DNA of 64,000 nt from Thecamonas trahens ATCC 50062. Taxonomy: Eukaryota; Protista; Apusomonadida. Shown piece after piece: positions 31,898 to 42,500 of this stretch. The position numbers and the translations under genes are program-made. The stretch's first letter is position 1; each line of letters starts with the position of its first letter. The notes beneath the pieces were generated by a model. That model saw nothing but the letters and a program-made list of their open reading frames with translations, made no database searches and was not told the DNA's origin. The DNA is taken from assembly GCF_000142905.1 (NCBI RefSeq), contig NW_013657672.1, positions 328,244-392,243 on the forward strand, read 5' to 3'.

Positions 31898-33418
31898 CTA
31901 GCGGGGTGATTCGAACGCGGCGTTGTCGCCGAGGCGAAGGTAGGCGATGAGAGCTGCACCGATGGCGGCGATGAAGCCACCGAGGGTCATGACGGCGCCG
32001 GTGCCGAGCGGGTTGGCCCAGTTCGGCAGTGAGAGGAGAGCAAAGCCGGCGCCGGCGGCAGCAACTTCCGGCAGGCACTGCGCGAGGTTCATCATCGACA
32101 TGAGCAGGCCTTTGTCGTCAGAAGCCTCGATGGCGACTGCGGTGAGCGCCCACGGGAGGGTCATGGTGCATGCCCATGGAAAACCGAGGCTGCCAAAGGC
32201 GAGGAGGACGAGCGGGACGAGGGTGGTTCGCGGTGTGCCAGCTCGGGCGAGATGGGTCAACAGCCCGACAGCACCAAGAATGAGGGCAAGGACAATGTGG
32301 GCCGCAACGTACACCGATTTGGTACCGGCGGTAGTGACCAGCCTCGGGAGCAGGGCAGCGCCCCACGGACCGGGCAGAGTGAGGACAACGGTGGTCAGGG
32401 CCTGCATGAGCAGGCCGAGATTCCCAGCCCGCACGCCGTCGTCGTACAGTGTGCGCGCATGCGAGCCAGCGGGTGCGTTCGGATCGCCGCCGTATACCAC
32501 CGAGCCTACCCACGAGGTGGCGTAGATAAAGGTGGTGAACCAAGCGAACCACGTGCAGCACTGGACGGCAAAGACATGACCAAGCACGGGCGGCATCGTG
32601 GTAAGGGCAGCACGCCATCTGCGCCAGCGCGACGTGGCCGGTCGCGGCTTGGGTAGCTCCAATGCGTCGTTGAGCAGCGGTGAGGCTTCGTTCAGCGCGC
32701 CGTCGCACGACTCGACATGATCGAGTGTGCCTGGCGGGGCGTGCTGCTCCTCGCGGGCGGCGGCAAGTGTAACGCCGACGGCAACGAGCACAGCAAGCGC
32801 ACCAAGGGCGTACAGCGCCCGCAGATTGGTACCCATGAACGGGAACGCGTCGGTGAGCGGCAGCGCCCCGAGCGCAAACCCAAAAATGGAGCCAAGGCCC
32901 GTCATGGTCCCAAACAGTGCGTTGCCCTCAGACTGCTGCTCTGGTGGAACGAGATCAACCAAGAGCGTTCGTGCTGGCCCCTTGATGGTGTTGAAGGCAA
33001 GATCGAGGATGCAGAAGGCGGCGACGGCGACAGCGAGAGCCATTGTGCAGCGCGAGCCGGCGCACGACGAGGTGTGCTCGCCAGCAGCGGTGCCGACGTC
33101 CTCGGCATTGGCAAAGAGAGTGAGCGCAGCCACAATGACCAGAGCACCGGAAGCGATGAACGGCGAGCGACGACCACAGCTTGCAGTACAGCCATCGGAC
33201 CAGACGCCGACCAGCGGCTGGACAACCATGCCCGAGATGGGCCCAGCGAGCCAAGCGGCCGCCACCCACTTGTCGGCCATGCCCAGCTCGCGAAAGACCT
33301 TTGTCGAGTTGCCCACATTGAGCGAGGCCACAAGCTGAACACCAGCGAGCGCACATGTGAGTGCTGCCAACCGTGGCCGCTGCACCCGCTCTGCGACTCG
33401 CTCCGTCGCGGCGTGCAT
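31898..33418 (-). CDS. Sucrose/H+ symporter (SUC/SLC45-like) MFS transporter
   Basis: WLAGPISGMVVQPLVGVWSD, GRRSPFI, DLAFNTIKGPARTLLVDL, TWFAWF, YDDGVRAG. Confidence 0.88.
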   Translation of the reverse strand: MHAATERVAERVQRPRLAALTCALAGVQLVASLNVGNSTKVFRELGMADKWVAAAWLAGPISGMVVQPLVGVWSDGCTASCGRRSPFIASGALVIVAALTLFANAEDVGTAAGEHTSSCAGSRCTMALAVAVAAFCILDLAFNTIKGPARTLLVDLVPPEQQSEGNALFGTMTGLGSIFGFALGALPLTDAFPFMGTNLRALYALGALAVLVAVGVTLAAAREEQHAPPGTLDHVESCDGALNEASPLLNDALELPKPRPATSRWRRWRAALTTMPPVLGHVFAVQCCTWFAWFTTFIYATSWVGSVVYGGDPNAPAGSHARTLYDDGVRAGNLGLLMQALTTVVLTLPGPWGAALLPRLVTTAGTKSVYVAAHIVLALILGAVGLLTHLARAGTPRTTLVPLVLLAFGSLGFPWACTMTLPWALTAVAIEASDDKGLLMSMMNLAQCLPEVAAAGAGFALLSLPNWANPLGTGAVMTLGGFIAAIGAALIAYLRLGDNAAFESPR

Positions 33419-33940
33419 GCGCGGCCGGAGATCGAGCCGAGGCTGCGACAGGTGCGTGCTGGCAGGCGGGTGATCGGCTTGGGAGGGGAGGATGTGGGGA
33501 GGGTTTGGGGGGGAGAATGATCTGATAGGACTATGGTTTTCTTGGGGAACGCATGTACATTATGTGTGCGTTGTAAGTGTATGCATGCATGCACGGGGCG
33601 ACAAGGGAGCGATGAGTCACGTCAGTAGTGTGCGGAGCAGCGAGCTTTGGGCAGTGACATGCGGCATGCGGCATTTTTTTCTGGGAGCTCAGTGGGGCAG
33701 GGAAGGGGGGGGGAGGGGGGGGGGCGGTGAGGTAGTTGCTGCGTATGTGTTGATATCCTCTGGTGGTGTTGGTTGTGACAATTGGATGTGATCGATGGAG
33801 GGTGTACTGTGCAGCGAGTGGTGCATTGGTCGGGTGCAGCACGGGCAGCAGACGGGGACAGAGAGAGGGTGGGAGAAAGGAGCGGCGACAGCAGCGGCGG
33901 AGCTGTGAAGGGGGTAGAGGACACACGACTTGAGTGGAAC

Positions 33941-35008
33941 ATGGCAGCAACGACAGAGGCAGGAGCAGTTGGCGAGGAGCAGGTTGTGCTCAAGGCGCGT
34001 CGGCTGGGGCGGAGCGGGCTGAAGGTGTCGGAGCTGGTGCTGGGGACGATGACCTTTGACGAGAGCGAGACCAACTCGTGGGGCATGCCTGCGGCGGCTC
34101 AAGATGATGCGTTTGCGATGATGACGGCGTACGCAGAGGCTGGCGGCTTTACGCTCGATACGGCGGACATCTACGGTGCCGGGGCGAGCGAGCGGGTTGT
34201 CGGGCGGTGGCTGGCGGCACAGGAAGAGCCAGACAAGTTTGTTGTGGCGACCAAGGTGTGGGGTGAGATGGGCAAGGGACCGAATGACAAGGGCCTCGGC
34301 GGACGGCACATTGCGGCTGGAGTGCGCGAGTCGCTCAAGCGGCTGCAGCTGGAGAAGATCGATCTGTACCAGGCGCACAACGTCGATCCCGAGACGCCAC
34401 TGGAGGAGACGCTGGTGGCGTTCGACGACCTTGTCAGGCAAGGCCTGGTGGGCTACGTGGGCGTCTCCAACTTTCCGGCGTACAAGATGGCGCAGGCAGC
34501 GGCGATTGCTGAGCGGCTCGGTCTCAGCTCGCGGCTTGTCTCGCTGCAGCCCAAGTACAATCTGCTCGCGCGGACGATCGAGTGGGACTGCGTCCCGTAT
34601 TGCGTGGAGACCGGAATGGGCATCCTTCCGTGGTCGCCGCTCCTTGGCGGGTGGCTGGCCGGGAAGTACTCGCGCGACGCGCCGCCGGCCGACGGCTCGC
34701 GGGTGGCATGGGCCGAGAAGGTCGGTTGGGACGTGATGGACTACTCGACGGTCGGCACGGCGCACACGTTTGACGTCGTCGACAAGGTCAAGAGCGTGGC
34801 GGCGGAGCTGGGGCGGTCGCCGTCACAGGTCTCGCTCCGATGGCTAATGCAGAAGCCGGGAGTCACTGCGCCGATCATCGGGGCGTCCAAGATGGCGCAC
34901 CTGCTCGACAACCTCCAGGCGGCCAGCTTTGAGCTCTCGGGCGAGCACATGGCAGCGCTCGATGAGGTTTCGGCGGTGCCCAAACCGTATCCATGGAATG
35001 CATATTGA
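33941..35008 (+). CDS. Aldo/keto reductase
   Basis: RLGRSGLKVSELVLGTMTF, DTADIYG, ATKV, SLKRLQLEKIDLYQAH, GVSNF, WSPLLGG, PIIGA. Confidence 0.93.
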   Translation: MAATTEAGAVGEEQVVLKARRLGRSGLKVSELVLGTMTFDESETNSWGMPAAAQDDAFAMMTAYAEAGGFTLDTADIYGAGASERVVGRWLAAQEEPDKFVVATKVWGEMGKGPNDKGLGGRHIAAGVRESLKRLQLEKIDLYQAHNVDPETPLEETLVAFDDLVRQGLVGYVGVSNFPAYKMAQAAAIAERLGLSSRLVSLQPKYNLLARTIEWDCVPYCVETGMGILPWSPLLGGWLAGKYSRDAPPADGSRVAWAEKVGWDVMDYSTVGTAHTFDVVDKVKSVAAELGRSPSQVSLRWLMQKPGVTAPIIGASKMAHLLDNLQAASFELSGEHMAALDEVSAVPKPYPWNAY

Positions 35009-35018
35009 ACGATGGGCT

Positions 35019-37166
35019 TCAGCGGCGGGTAGACTTTGTGCGGGAGCTACGGCCACTATCAGCGTTGCGGTTGCGGTCTTTGCGCGCATCGTCTCTTGCG
35101 TTGCGCTTATCGCCATCCCTTGCACGGTCACGATCACGGTTGCTGCGCCTCTCGTTCCGAGTACGGTCACGGTCCCGACTGCTGCGCTTGTCATCATTCC
35201 TTGCACGGTCACGGTCACGGTCGCTATGCTTGTTGTCGCTCTTGGCCCGACCACGGTCATGGTCGCTGCGCTTGTCATCACCCCTTGGACGATCACGGTC
35301 CCGATCGCTGCGGTTATCGTCACGGTCGCTGTGCCTCTTGTCCCGTGCGCGATCACGGTCCCGACTTCTGCGCTTGTCATCATTCCTTGCACGGTCACGT
35401 TCACGGTCGCTGCCCCTATCGTCACGGTCGTTGTGCCTCTTGTCCCGTGCGCGATCACGGTCCCGATCGCTGCTCTTATCGTCACGGTCGTTGTGCCTCT
35501 TGTCCCGTGCGCGATCACGGTCCCGACTGCCGCGCTTGTCATCATTCCTTGCACGGTCACGGTCACGGTCGCTATGCTTGTTGTCGCTCTTGGCCCGACC
35601 ACGGTCATGGTCGCCGCGCTTGTCATCATTCCTTGCACGGTCACGGTCATGGTCGCTGCGGTTATCGTCACGGTCGCTGTGCCTCTTGTCCCGTGCGCGA
35701 TCACGGTCCCGACTGCTGCGCTTATCATCATTCCTTGCACGGTCACGGTCACGGTCGCTATGCCCGTCATCATCCCTTGGACGATCACGGTCCCGATCGC
35801 TGCCCTTATCGTCACGGTCGCTGTGCCTCTTGTCCCGTGCGCGATCACGGTCCCGATCGCGGCGCTTGTCATCATCCCTTGCACGGTCACAGTCACGGTC
35901 GCTGCCCCTATCGTCACCGTCGCTGCGCTTCTCGTCCCGAATACGATCACGGTCCCGGCTGCTGTGCTTGTCATCATTCCTTGCACGGTCACGGTCGCCA
36001 CGCTTCTGGTCATCTCTCGCACGAGCACGACCATGGTTACGTTCGTTATCGCGAACCCGGTGGCGTTCATCAGTGCCACCGTTGCCTCGCGCCTGTGTCA
36101 CAAACACTTGGTCTTCTCTGCCGTCGTCGTCATCCCACTCGTCGCCCTCGTCGCCCCACCCGGCCTCAGCCTCGGCATTGGCATCGGCCTCGGCGGCTTC
36201 TTCGGCTGCTGCCTCGGCTTCCATCTCAGCGGCCAAATCAAAGCCGAGCTCCTCGGCATGGAGCGCCATGACGTCGTAAACCTCGCAAGCATCGGGATCG
36301 TCCTCGTCGGCACAATAGTCTAGGACCGAAGAGCCCTCGTGGGTGCGGATGAAGAGATCAGAGCCTGCCACTAGCAGCGTTTCTACTGTCGCTGCGTGCC
36401 CGCCAACCGTCGACATGTGCAGCGGAGTCCAGCCCGACGAATCGCACACGTCGAGCTGGATGTCCGGGTGCGCTACAAGGAGCTCGACAATAGCGCTCCG
36501 CCCCAAGAGTGCCGCTATGTGGAGCGCCGTCGAGCCCTCGTGGTCAACGGAGTTGACGTCTAGCGCATGACCCGAGCCCACCGCTCCCCGCTCCGAGCGG
36601 TCGAGCAGGTAGTGCGCCAGCTCCACAGCGTTGATCTCGGCGGCGAGATGGAGGTAGCACTTGCCGTCGGCGTTGGCCGCCGACGCGTGTAGCTCGTACG
36701 TCGAATGCCACTCGCGACGGATACCCGAGTACGCCGACCCGCTTGCCAGTAGCGTGTCTGGCGGGTGCGCCGCATACGCGTCGTCCGCAAGCGCCATGAG
36801 CACCTCACCGGGTGCGCGACCGAGGAGCGCCGCATGCAGCGGCGTGTTGCGCTGCATGCACTCGCGGGCATTGACCATGGCCCCTGCCATGCGAAGCGCA
36901 ACCACAAGGTCAACCGCGCCAGAAATGCCCAACCGACCCTCTACCAACGCCGCCACTACCGCATGCAGCGGCGTCTCACCGCGCACATCGCGCCCGTTCA
37001 CCGCCAACTTGCCAGCCTCGGCCGCCGCCCGTGGCGGGCGCACCTCAGAAGCCACCATCGCCAGCGCTCGCGCCACCTCTCCCGCTGCAATGGCCTCTTC
37101 TAGCGTCATCCGATGCTTCTCAGGTTTCGGCATCCGTCCCCCTACTCTGCGCATTGCCCACACCAC
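35019..37166 (-). CDS. Ankyrin-repeat protein with long Arg/Asp alternating-charge tail
   Basis: Ankyrin motifs GETPLH, NTPLHAA, GSTALHIAA, GWTPLHMS; acidic linker; about 340 aa of RDRDRARDDDK-type repeats. Start uncertain (ATG at 37154 or an upstream exon). Confidence 0.8.
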   Translation of the reverse strand: MVWAMRRVGGRMPKPEKHRMTLEEAIAAGEVARALAMVASEVRPPRAAAEAGKLAVNGRDVRGETPLHAVVAALVEGRLGISGAVDLVVALRMAGAMVNARECMQRNTPLHAALLGRAPGEVLMALADDAYAAHPPDTLLASGSAYSGIRREWHSTYELHASAANADGKCYLHLAAEINAVELAHYLLDRSERGAVGSGHALDVNSVDHEGSTALHIAALLGRSAIVELLVAHPDIQLDVCDSSGWTPLHMSTVGGHAATVETLLVAGSDLFIRTHEGSSVLDYCADEDDPDACEVYDVMALHAEELGFDLAAEMEAEAAAEEAAEADANAEAEAGWGDEGDEWDDDDGREDQVFVTQARGNGGTDERHRVRDNERNHGRARARDDQKRGDRDRARNDDKHSSRDRDRIRDEKRSDGDDRGSDRDCDRARDDDKRRDRDRDRARDKRHSDRDDKGSDRDRDRPRDDDGHSDRDRDRARNDDKRSSRDRDRARDKRHSDRDDNRSDHDRDRARNDDKRGDHDRGRAKSDNKHSDRDRDRARNDDKRGSRDRDRARDKRHNDRDDKSSDRDRDRARDKRHNDRDDRGSDRERDRARNDDKRRSRDRDRARDKRHSDRDDNRSDRDRDRPRGDDKRSDHDRGRAKSDNKHSDRDRDRARNDDKRSSRDRDRTRNERRSNRDRDRARDGDKRNARDDARKDRNRNADSGRSSRTKSTRR
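35040..36060. repeat. Coding imperfect tandem repeat (~42-nt units) encoding the RD-rich tail
   Basis: Recurrent cacggtc / gcgatcacggtcccga / gtgcctcttgtcccgtgc units. Confidence 0.9.
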
Positions 37167-37245
37167 CTACTTGCCGACAGAGACACGTGGACAAATCCGT
37201 TGTCATCTCGCCCGGCCACTAGCCACCACCTGACGATAGCACATG

Positions 37246-37489
37246 CATCCACATCCACATCCACATCCACGTCCACATCCACATCCACATCCACATCCAC
37301 ATCCACATCCACATCCACATCCACATCCACATCCACATCCACATCCACATCCACATCCACATCCACATCCACATCCACATCCACATCCACATCCACATCC
37401 ACATCCACATCCACATCCACATCCACATCCACATCCACATCCACATCCACATCCACATCCACATCCACATCCACATCCACATCCACATC
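37246..37489. repeat. (CATCCA)n hexanucleotide microsatellite, ~40 copies
   Basis: Near-perfect array with one CGTCCA variant, lying between divergent genes. Confidence 0.97.
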
Positions 37490-37557
37490 ATCCACTCCCT
37501 ACCTAGCCCCCCCCCCCCCTCTGGGCCGCCGCTCGCAACGTGGCATCGTCGCCAGCC

Positions 37558-39261
37558 ATGGCAGACACCACCGCTCTCGCTCACCCTTCTCCGCACAGTA
37601 TGGCAGGCAGTAGAAGCCCAGGGTGGAACAACCGCACCATTCTCTTGGGTGGGTTTGTGGCCATTGGTGCCCTACTGCTCCTCACCTCACATATGGCCCT
37701 CTCGTCCGTCCGTCGCGACCCGCCCATGCTCCAGCAGCGGAGCCAGCCGAAGGCGCTCTCTCGCCTGGAGCGGCTGCTGGAGGAGTTCCGCGACACGCCA
37801 CACGTTTCGTTGGGCAAGCACGAGGTGACACCAACGCAGGTCGCTGCCTGTGCCCGCATCCAGGCCACCCCGTTTGGCGACCTCGCAAACGTCGAGAACG
37901 CCATCGCTGACTGGCTCGTCTTTCGCTGCGACGCCGTCCTGGAGCTCGAGCACAAGCTCCATGGTGACAAGGGCCACAGTCACGATGGCGATGGCGATGG
38001 TGACGGCCATGGAGCTGCAACTACATCGCTCGATTCTGGTCACGGTTCTGGCCATGGCGAGGGTGAGGGCGATGGCCACAGCCACGATGGCGACCACAAG
38101 GACGGCGAGACGCACACCGTCCACGATCACGGCACTAACAACGGGGCAGCAAAACCCATCCTTGCCCGTGGCAAGATGTTCCCCACCGCCAAGCATGTCG
38201 GCCAGGGTACCGTCGAATACACCACGCCATCGGGTGTTGACCTCTCGTACACCATCCACATCAACACCGAAGACGCCGCCACCGACATCGAGCCGGGCCC
38301 TGACTGGATTGCAGTCTGCGTCTCGTCGACCACCCGTGGCATCAACCCGACGTCGCTCTCGTCACTCTCGCTCTTCTCGCTCATGCTGCCGTCGCTGGCC
38401 CGGACGGTCGAACCAGGCTTCCGCTACCGCGTCGTCATCATTCACGACGTGGGCGACGCGTTCTACGAGGACGACGGCACGTATGCCGCCATCGAGGACT
38501 GGTTCAACTCCCGCATTGCTCACCCGCTTGCTGCTGCAGACATCGAGGTCCAACTGCTTATGGTCTCGTTCACCAACACTCAGCGCAAGCCCGGCCCGGC
38601 CTTCAACGTCATGCTCCGCGCTGCCGCAGACTTTGGCGCCGAGTGGTTCTACCGTATCAACGACGACTCAGAGTTCGTCGCCCCATGGGCCGTCGACTTT
38701 ACCACCACCCTCCTCGCCCTTGGCCAGCCATATGGCGCCGTCGGCCCGCTGTGCAAGCAGGGCAACACCGCTATCCTCACCCACGACTTTGTTCACCGCA
38801 CACACCTCGACATCTTCGAGACATACTACCCGCCTGCCCTCGTCGACTGGTGGATGGACGACTGGATCTCGCGCGTCTACGGCGCCAGCCGGACCGTCAA
38901 GGTCAACTCGGCCGAAATCATCCACCATACCGACAACCACGGCACCCGCTACCAGGTCGACTTTGCCAACCAGCCCAAGCTTGCCGAAGCTCTCGAGCAC
39001 GGCAAGAAGCGCATCGTCGCCTGGATGGAGGAACACGATATCGAACAAGACGTCATCGACGCCTACAACAACGACAACTTTGTCCACACCGTCCTTGGCG
39101 ACGATGCCCTCGCCAAAATGCTGCCCGATTCAGAACGTCCCGCCGCCTGCCGCAAGCTCGCCTCAAGCCACGGCGTCGTCCCCAACCAAACCTGGGGCAC
39201 GCTCTCAGCTGACGACCAGGTCACCTGGAAGGTCAACGACTGCGATCGCTTTGTCAACTAA
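37558..39261 (+). CDS. Type II membrane putative GT-A glycosyltransferase with His-rich stem
   Basis: TM ILLGGFVAIGALLLLT. Motifs WFYRINDDSEF (DxD-like), GAVGPLCKQGNTAILTHDFVHRTHLDIF, YYPPALVDWWMDDWISRVYG. Small C-terminal Cys/Trp domain. Confidence 0.72.
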   Translation: MADTTALAHPSPHSMAGSRSPGWNNRTILLGGFVAIGALLLLTSHMALSSVRRDPPMLQQRSQPKALSRLERLLEEFRDTPHVSLGKHEVTPTQVAACARIQATPFGDLANVENAIADWLVFRCDAVLELEHKLHGDKGHSHDGDGDGDGHGAATTSLDSGHGSGHGEGEGDGHSHDGDHKDGETHTVHDHGTNNGAAKPILARGKMFPTAKHVGQGTVEYTTPSGVDLSYTIHINTEDAATDIEPGPDWIAVCVSSTTRGINPTSLSSLSLFSLMLPSLARTVEPGFRYRVVIIHDVGDAFYEDDGTYAAIEDWFNSRIAHPLAAADIEVQLLMVSFTNTQRKPGPAFNVMLRAAADFGAEWFYRINDDSEFVAPWAVDFTTTLLALGQPYGAVGPLCKQGNTAILTHDFVHRTHLDIFETYYPPALVDWWMDDWISRVYGASRTVKVNSAEIIHHTDNHGTRYQVDFANQPKLAEALEHGKKRIVAWMEEHDIEQDVIDAYNNDNFVHTVLGDDALAKMLPDSERPAACRKLASSHGVVPNQTWGTLSADDQVTWKVNDCDRFVN

Positions 39262-39547
39262 ACCTCTCGATGCCCCCTGATCGTCTTGCGACCGAGGTGA
39301 CCATGGCCGTGCTGATGCGCTGACAGCCCACGTTGTCCCTTCCAACTCAACTGTCAAACCCACGCGGGTGCTTCACTCCCACTCCCCTTCCGCAGCAGAC
39401 GCTGACACCCCACCACGCCCCTCTCCACCCACATCGCACCCATCCCACTGCCCCCATTGTCACTCGCTTCCTCTCCATCCCTTCCCCTTCCTTCAACCCC
39501 CTCCATCGCCCTGCGAAGCCTCGCCCACTGCGCCTCCCTCCCGCGCC

Positions 39548-42500
39548 ATGTCCTCCCCAAACCTCCAGGTACGTAACGCGCACTCCATGTCCCCTCCCTT
39601 CCCCCCTCCCCCTCCCACTACCTCACCACTACTGCCACAGGTACTACGTGAGGGAAAGATGCGCCACAAGCCGGCACGCAACAAGCGGTTCAAACGGTTC
39701 AAGCGTGGCTATGTGGTGCTGACCACCCAGGCTCTGCAGGTGGCATCAAAAGCCGGCGGCAAGCTCCGGGCCGTTCTCCCGCTCACTCGCGCTCGCGCTG
39801 CCTTCCATCGATCGCATCCGGCGCGATTCGAACTCGGATCCGAGATCGCCGGCGTGGATGCTGCTTCGCTTTGGCTGTTCAAGGCCGACTCGCCCGAGGA
39901 GGCCCAGGCCTGGATGCGCGCCCTCGCCTCGGCTATTGCTGCCGCCCTGACTACGTCCACGACTTTGCCGGCTGGGCTGATGCCTCGGCCTCGCGCGCCC
40001 AGGTCATTCGCGTGGCCGCTTCGGGTCTCCGCCTCTTTGACGTCGGGCGCTCTGCCCGCAACGGCCTTGTGCCCGCTCTCGACATCCCCCTCTCCAACCT
40101 CCATCGGGTCCACCACGTCGGCTCGTCGCTCTCCATCCGTTACATGGCCGCCGACAATCTCGTTGCTGTCATATTCCACGTCGCCTACGCTGTCGGCAAG
40201 ACCATTGTCCGCCTCCTTCGCAAGCTGGTCGAGGCCGAACTGGACTCTGCCCGTAAGCCATTTGCCGTCGCCCTCCAGCCAGAAGGCCCATTTGACAAGC
40301 GCCTCGTCGTCACTTCGACCGGCCTCACCCTCCAGCGCGTCAACACCTCGCGCCTGCTCTCACCGGTCTCAGCTGCCGCCACCATCCGCGAAGCCCAGCG
40401 CCGCCGGACCGCCGCTGACCGTGCCATCGCCAAGGCGTCCAAGAAGCAGACCCGCTCCTCGCGCAAGCTCCGCATCCGCAAGCTCCGCAAGTCGTCCAAG
40501 TCGCACAAGTCGACCGCAAGCTCGCCAGATCCGACTCCTGTGCCGCCGATGCTCTCCGTCACTGCTCCAGACTCGGGCCCGTCGTCAGTCGAGTGGTCCG
40601 ACGACGACAACGGCGACGGCTCTGGCGCAGACGGCGCGCTATCGCCGAGCAAATCGGCGTTTGGCGACTTGTCCGAGCTGTCGTCGGCAGGCGAGGGATC
40701 CGATGACAATGACGCCGGTGTCGGCGCCATTATTTCCCATGGCAGGGGCCAGGCCCCGGTCGAGTTCACTGTTCACGAACTTGTCCACGGCGACAACGGC
40801 TGGCTGTCCTTGCAAAGCCTGTCGTGGGGCGAGCTGTCGGAAATTCGGCGCATTGCCCACGACGGCATAGCCCTCATGCTACACTCGGGCACCTCGTATG
40901 TAATCTACTTTGAAGCGCCCGAGGCGCTCGATGGCGCGCTTGATGTTATCGAGACGGCGTCAGCCGCATCCTTGACAACGACAGAGGCCTCGGTAGGCCT
41001 GCATCGCTCAATCGACGACTACTTGGACGCGCTCGCCATGTCGGCGTCTTTCTCACGGTCGATGCTCTTCGACTCGGCAGAAGCCAGCTCCGTTCGCGAC
41101 GAGAGCGACGAGGCATCGAGCGCCGGCTCGGGCTCGGGCTTTTCATCCGACGCTCTCTGGGATGTCTCGGACGACGGCCTTGACCTGCATTCACTGGCCA
41201 CTCCGCTCAAGATAACACAGCGCAAGGCGACGAGGACCGGCGTGAGCTGGGACGATGTCGGCGCCGCGCTCGACGTCGGTGCGGTAGGCCGAAGCGATGC
41301 ACACTTTGAGGCCGTTCCTCACGCCAACGCCGAGCTTGACAGCGGCAGCTGCCCGGCCCTGGCCGAGATGCCCGCCCACGAGGGCATTTCTGATGTGGCG
41401 GTACAGCGGCGGCTGTGGATCCGACGGGTATTTGACGGGTGGTTTGGTGTCGCCACCTCGCGGCGCGGTGGTGCTCGGGTGGCGGAGGAGCTCGCGTTCT
41501 CGGTCCTCTACTCCAAGTACTCGCAGGGCCTCATCCACGATCGCATCTACGATTTTGGCTACACCGCGGCCTTCTTTATGCTCTTCCAGATCATGGGCTG
41601 GTTCCACTTTGGTATTTCGTGGGCCATTCTGGGTGCCGGGGCGTGGTTCCTCACCGAGATGCGCCGGCGGGAGATCCGGGAGCGCAAGATGGAGGTCTTT
41701 GCCATGCGCGCCTTCCGCAACCTCGCGTTCGACGATCCGATCATGCAGGCACTGCTCAACATTCCAAACGCCGTCGACCGCATCCTCCCGCCGTGGGTCT
41801 CGTCGCCACACGTGCACCAAGTCGAGTGGCTCAACATCATTGTGGAGAAAATGTGGCCGTACCTCCATGTTGCGATCGAGGACGCGATCGTCGAAAAGGT
41901 GACGCCGCTGTTTGAGAAGCGCCCATCGGTGGTGAGCGAGGTAGGCTTTGCCTCGTGCGATTTTGGCACCATTCCGTTCCTCCTCACCGGGCTCGAGATC
42001 CACGACTCGGAGGCCGAGGAGGTGCTCCTTGACCTCGACTTTCGGTGGGCCGGCAATCCAGACCTCGCGCTGTGGCTCAAAGCCAAGGGCGTACCGCTCA
42101 CGGTCCGGTTCACCGACTTTCAGCTGTACGGCACGTTCCGCATCGGGCTCAAGCCGCTCATGCAGCAGCTTCCTGGCTTTGGAGCCATCTCGGTCTCGTT
42201 TGCCAAAAAGCCCGTCGTCGACTTTAACCTCTCGGCCGGCGCGGTGAGCGTCACCCACCTGCCGGGCGTATCGGCCTGGCTCAACAAGTTTATCCGGCAG
42301 CACGTGGTGGCGACCATGGTCTGGCCGCAGAAGATCATCAAGGAGCTGTACTCGACAGTCGAGGTCGAGCGGGCGTTCATCAACGACTTTGTACCGCGCG
42401 GCGCTGTGGTCGTCGTCGTCCACTCGGCGACTAGCTTGCGCAAAGCCGACTTTTTCTCGTCTGACCCGTACGCCTCGATCTCTATCGACGGCGTGAACAA

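Noticed and set aside
34844-36323. Long ORFs 34929-36323(+), 34993-36279(+), 35036-36271(+) and 34844-36079(-), including an RS-rich SR-like one
   Set aside because: Shadow frames of the RD repeat. Only the 35019-37166(-) frame is continuous with the ankyrin repeats.
37113-37613. Poly-ST, poly-HP, poly-DV and poly-MW ORFs; possible telomere or CRISPR array
   Set aside because: All are translations of the (CATCCA)n microsatellite. There are no spacers, and it is not a recognised telomeric unit or terminal.
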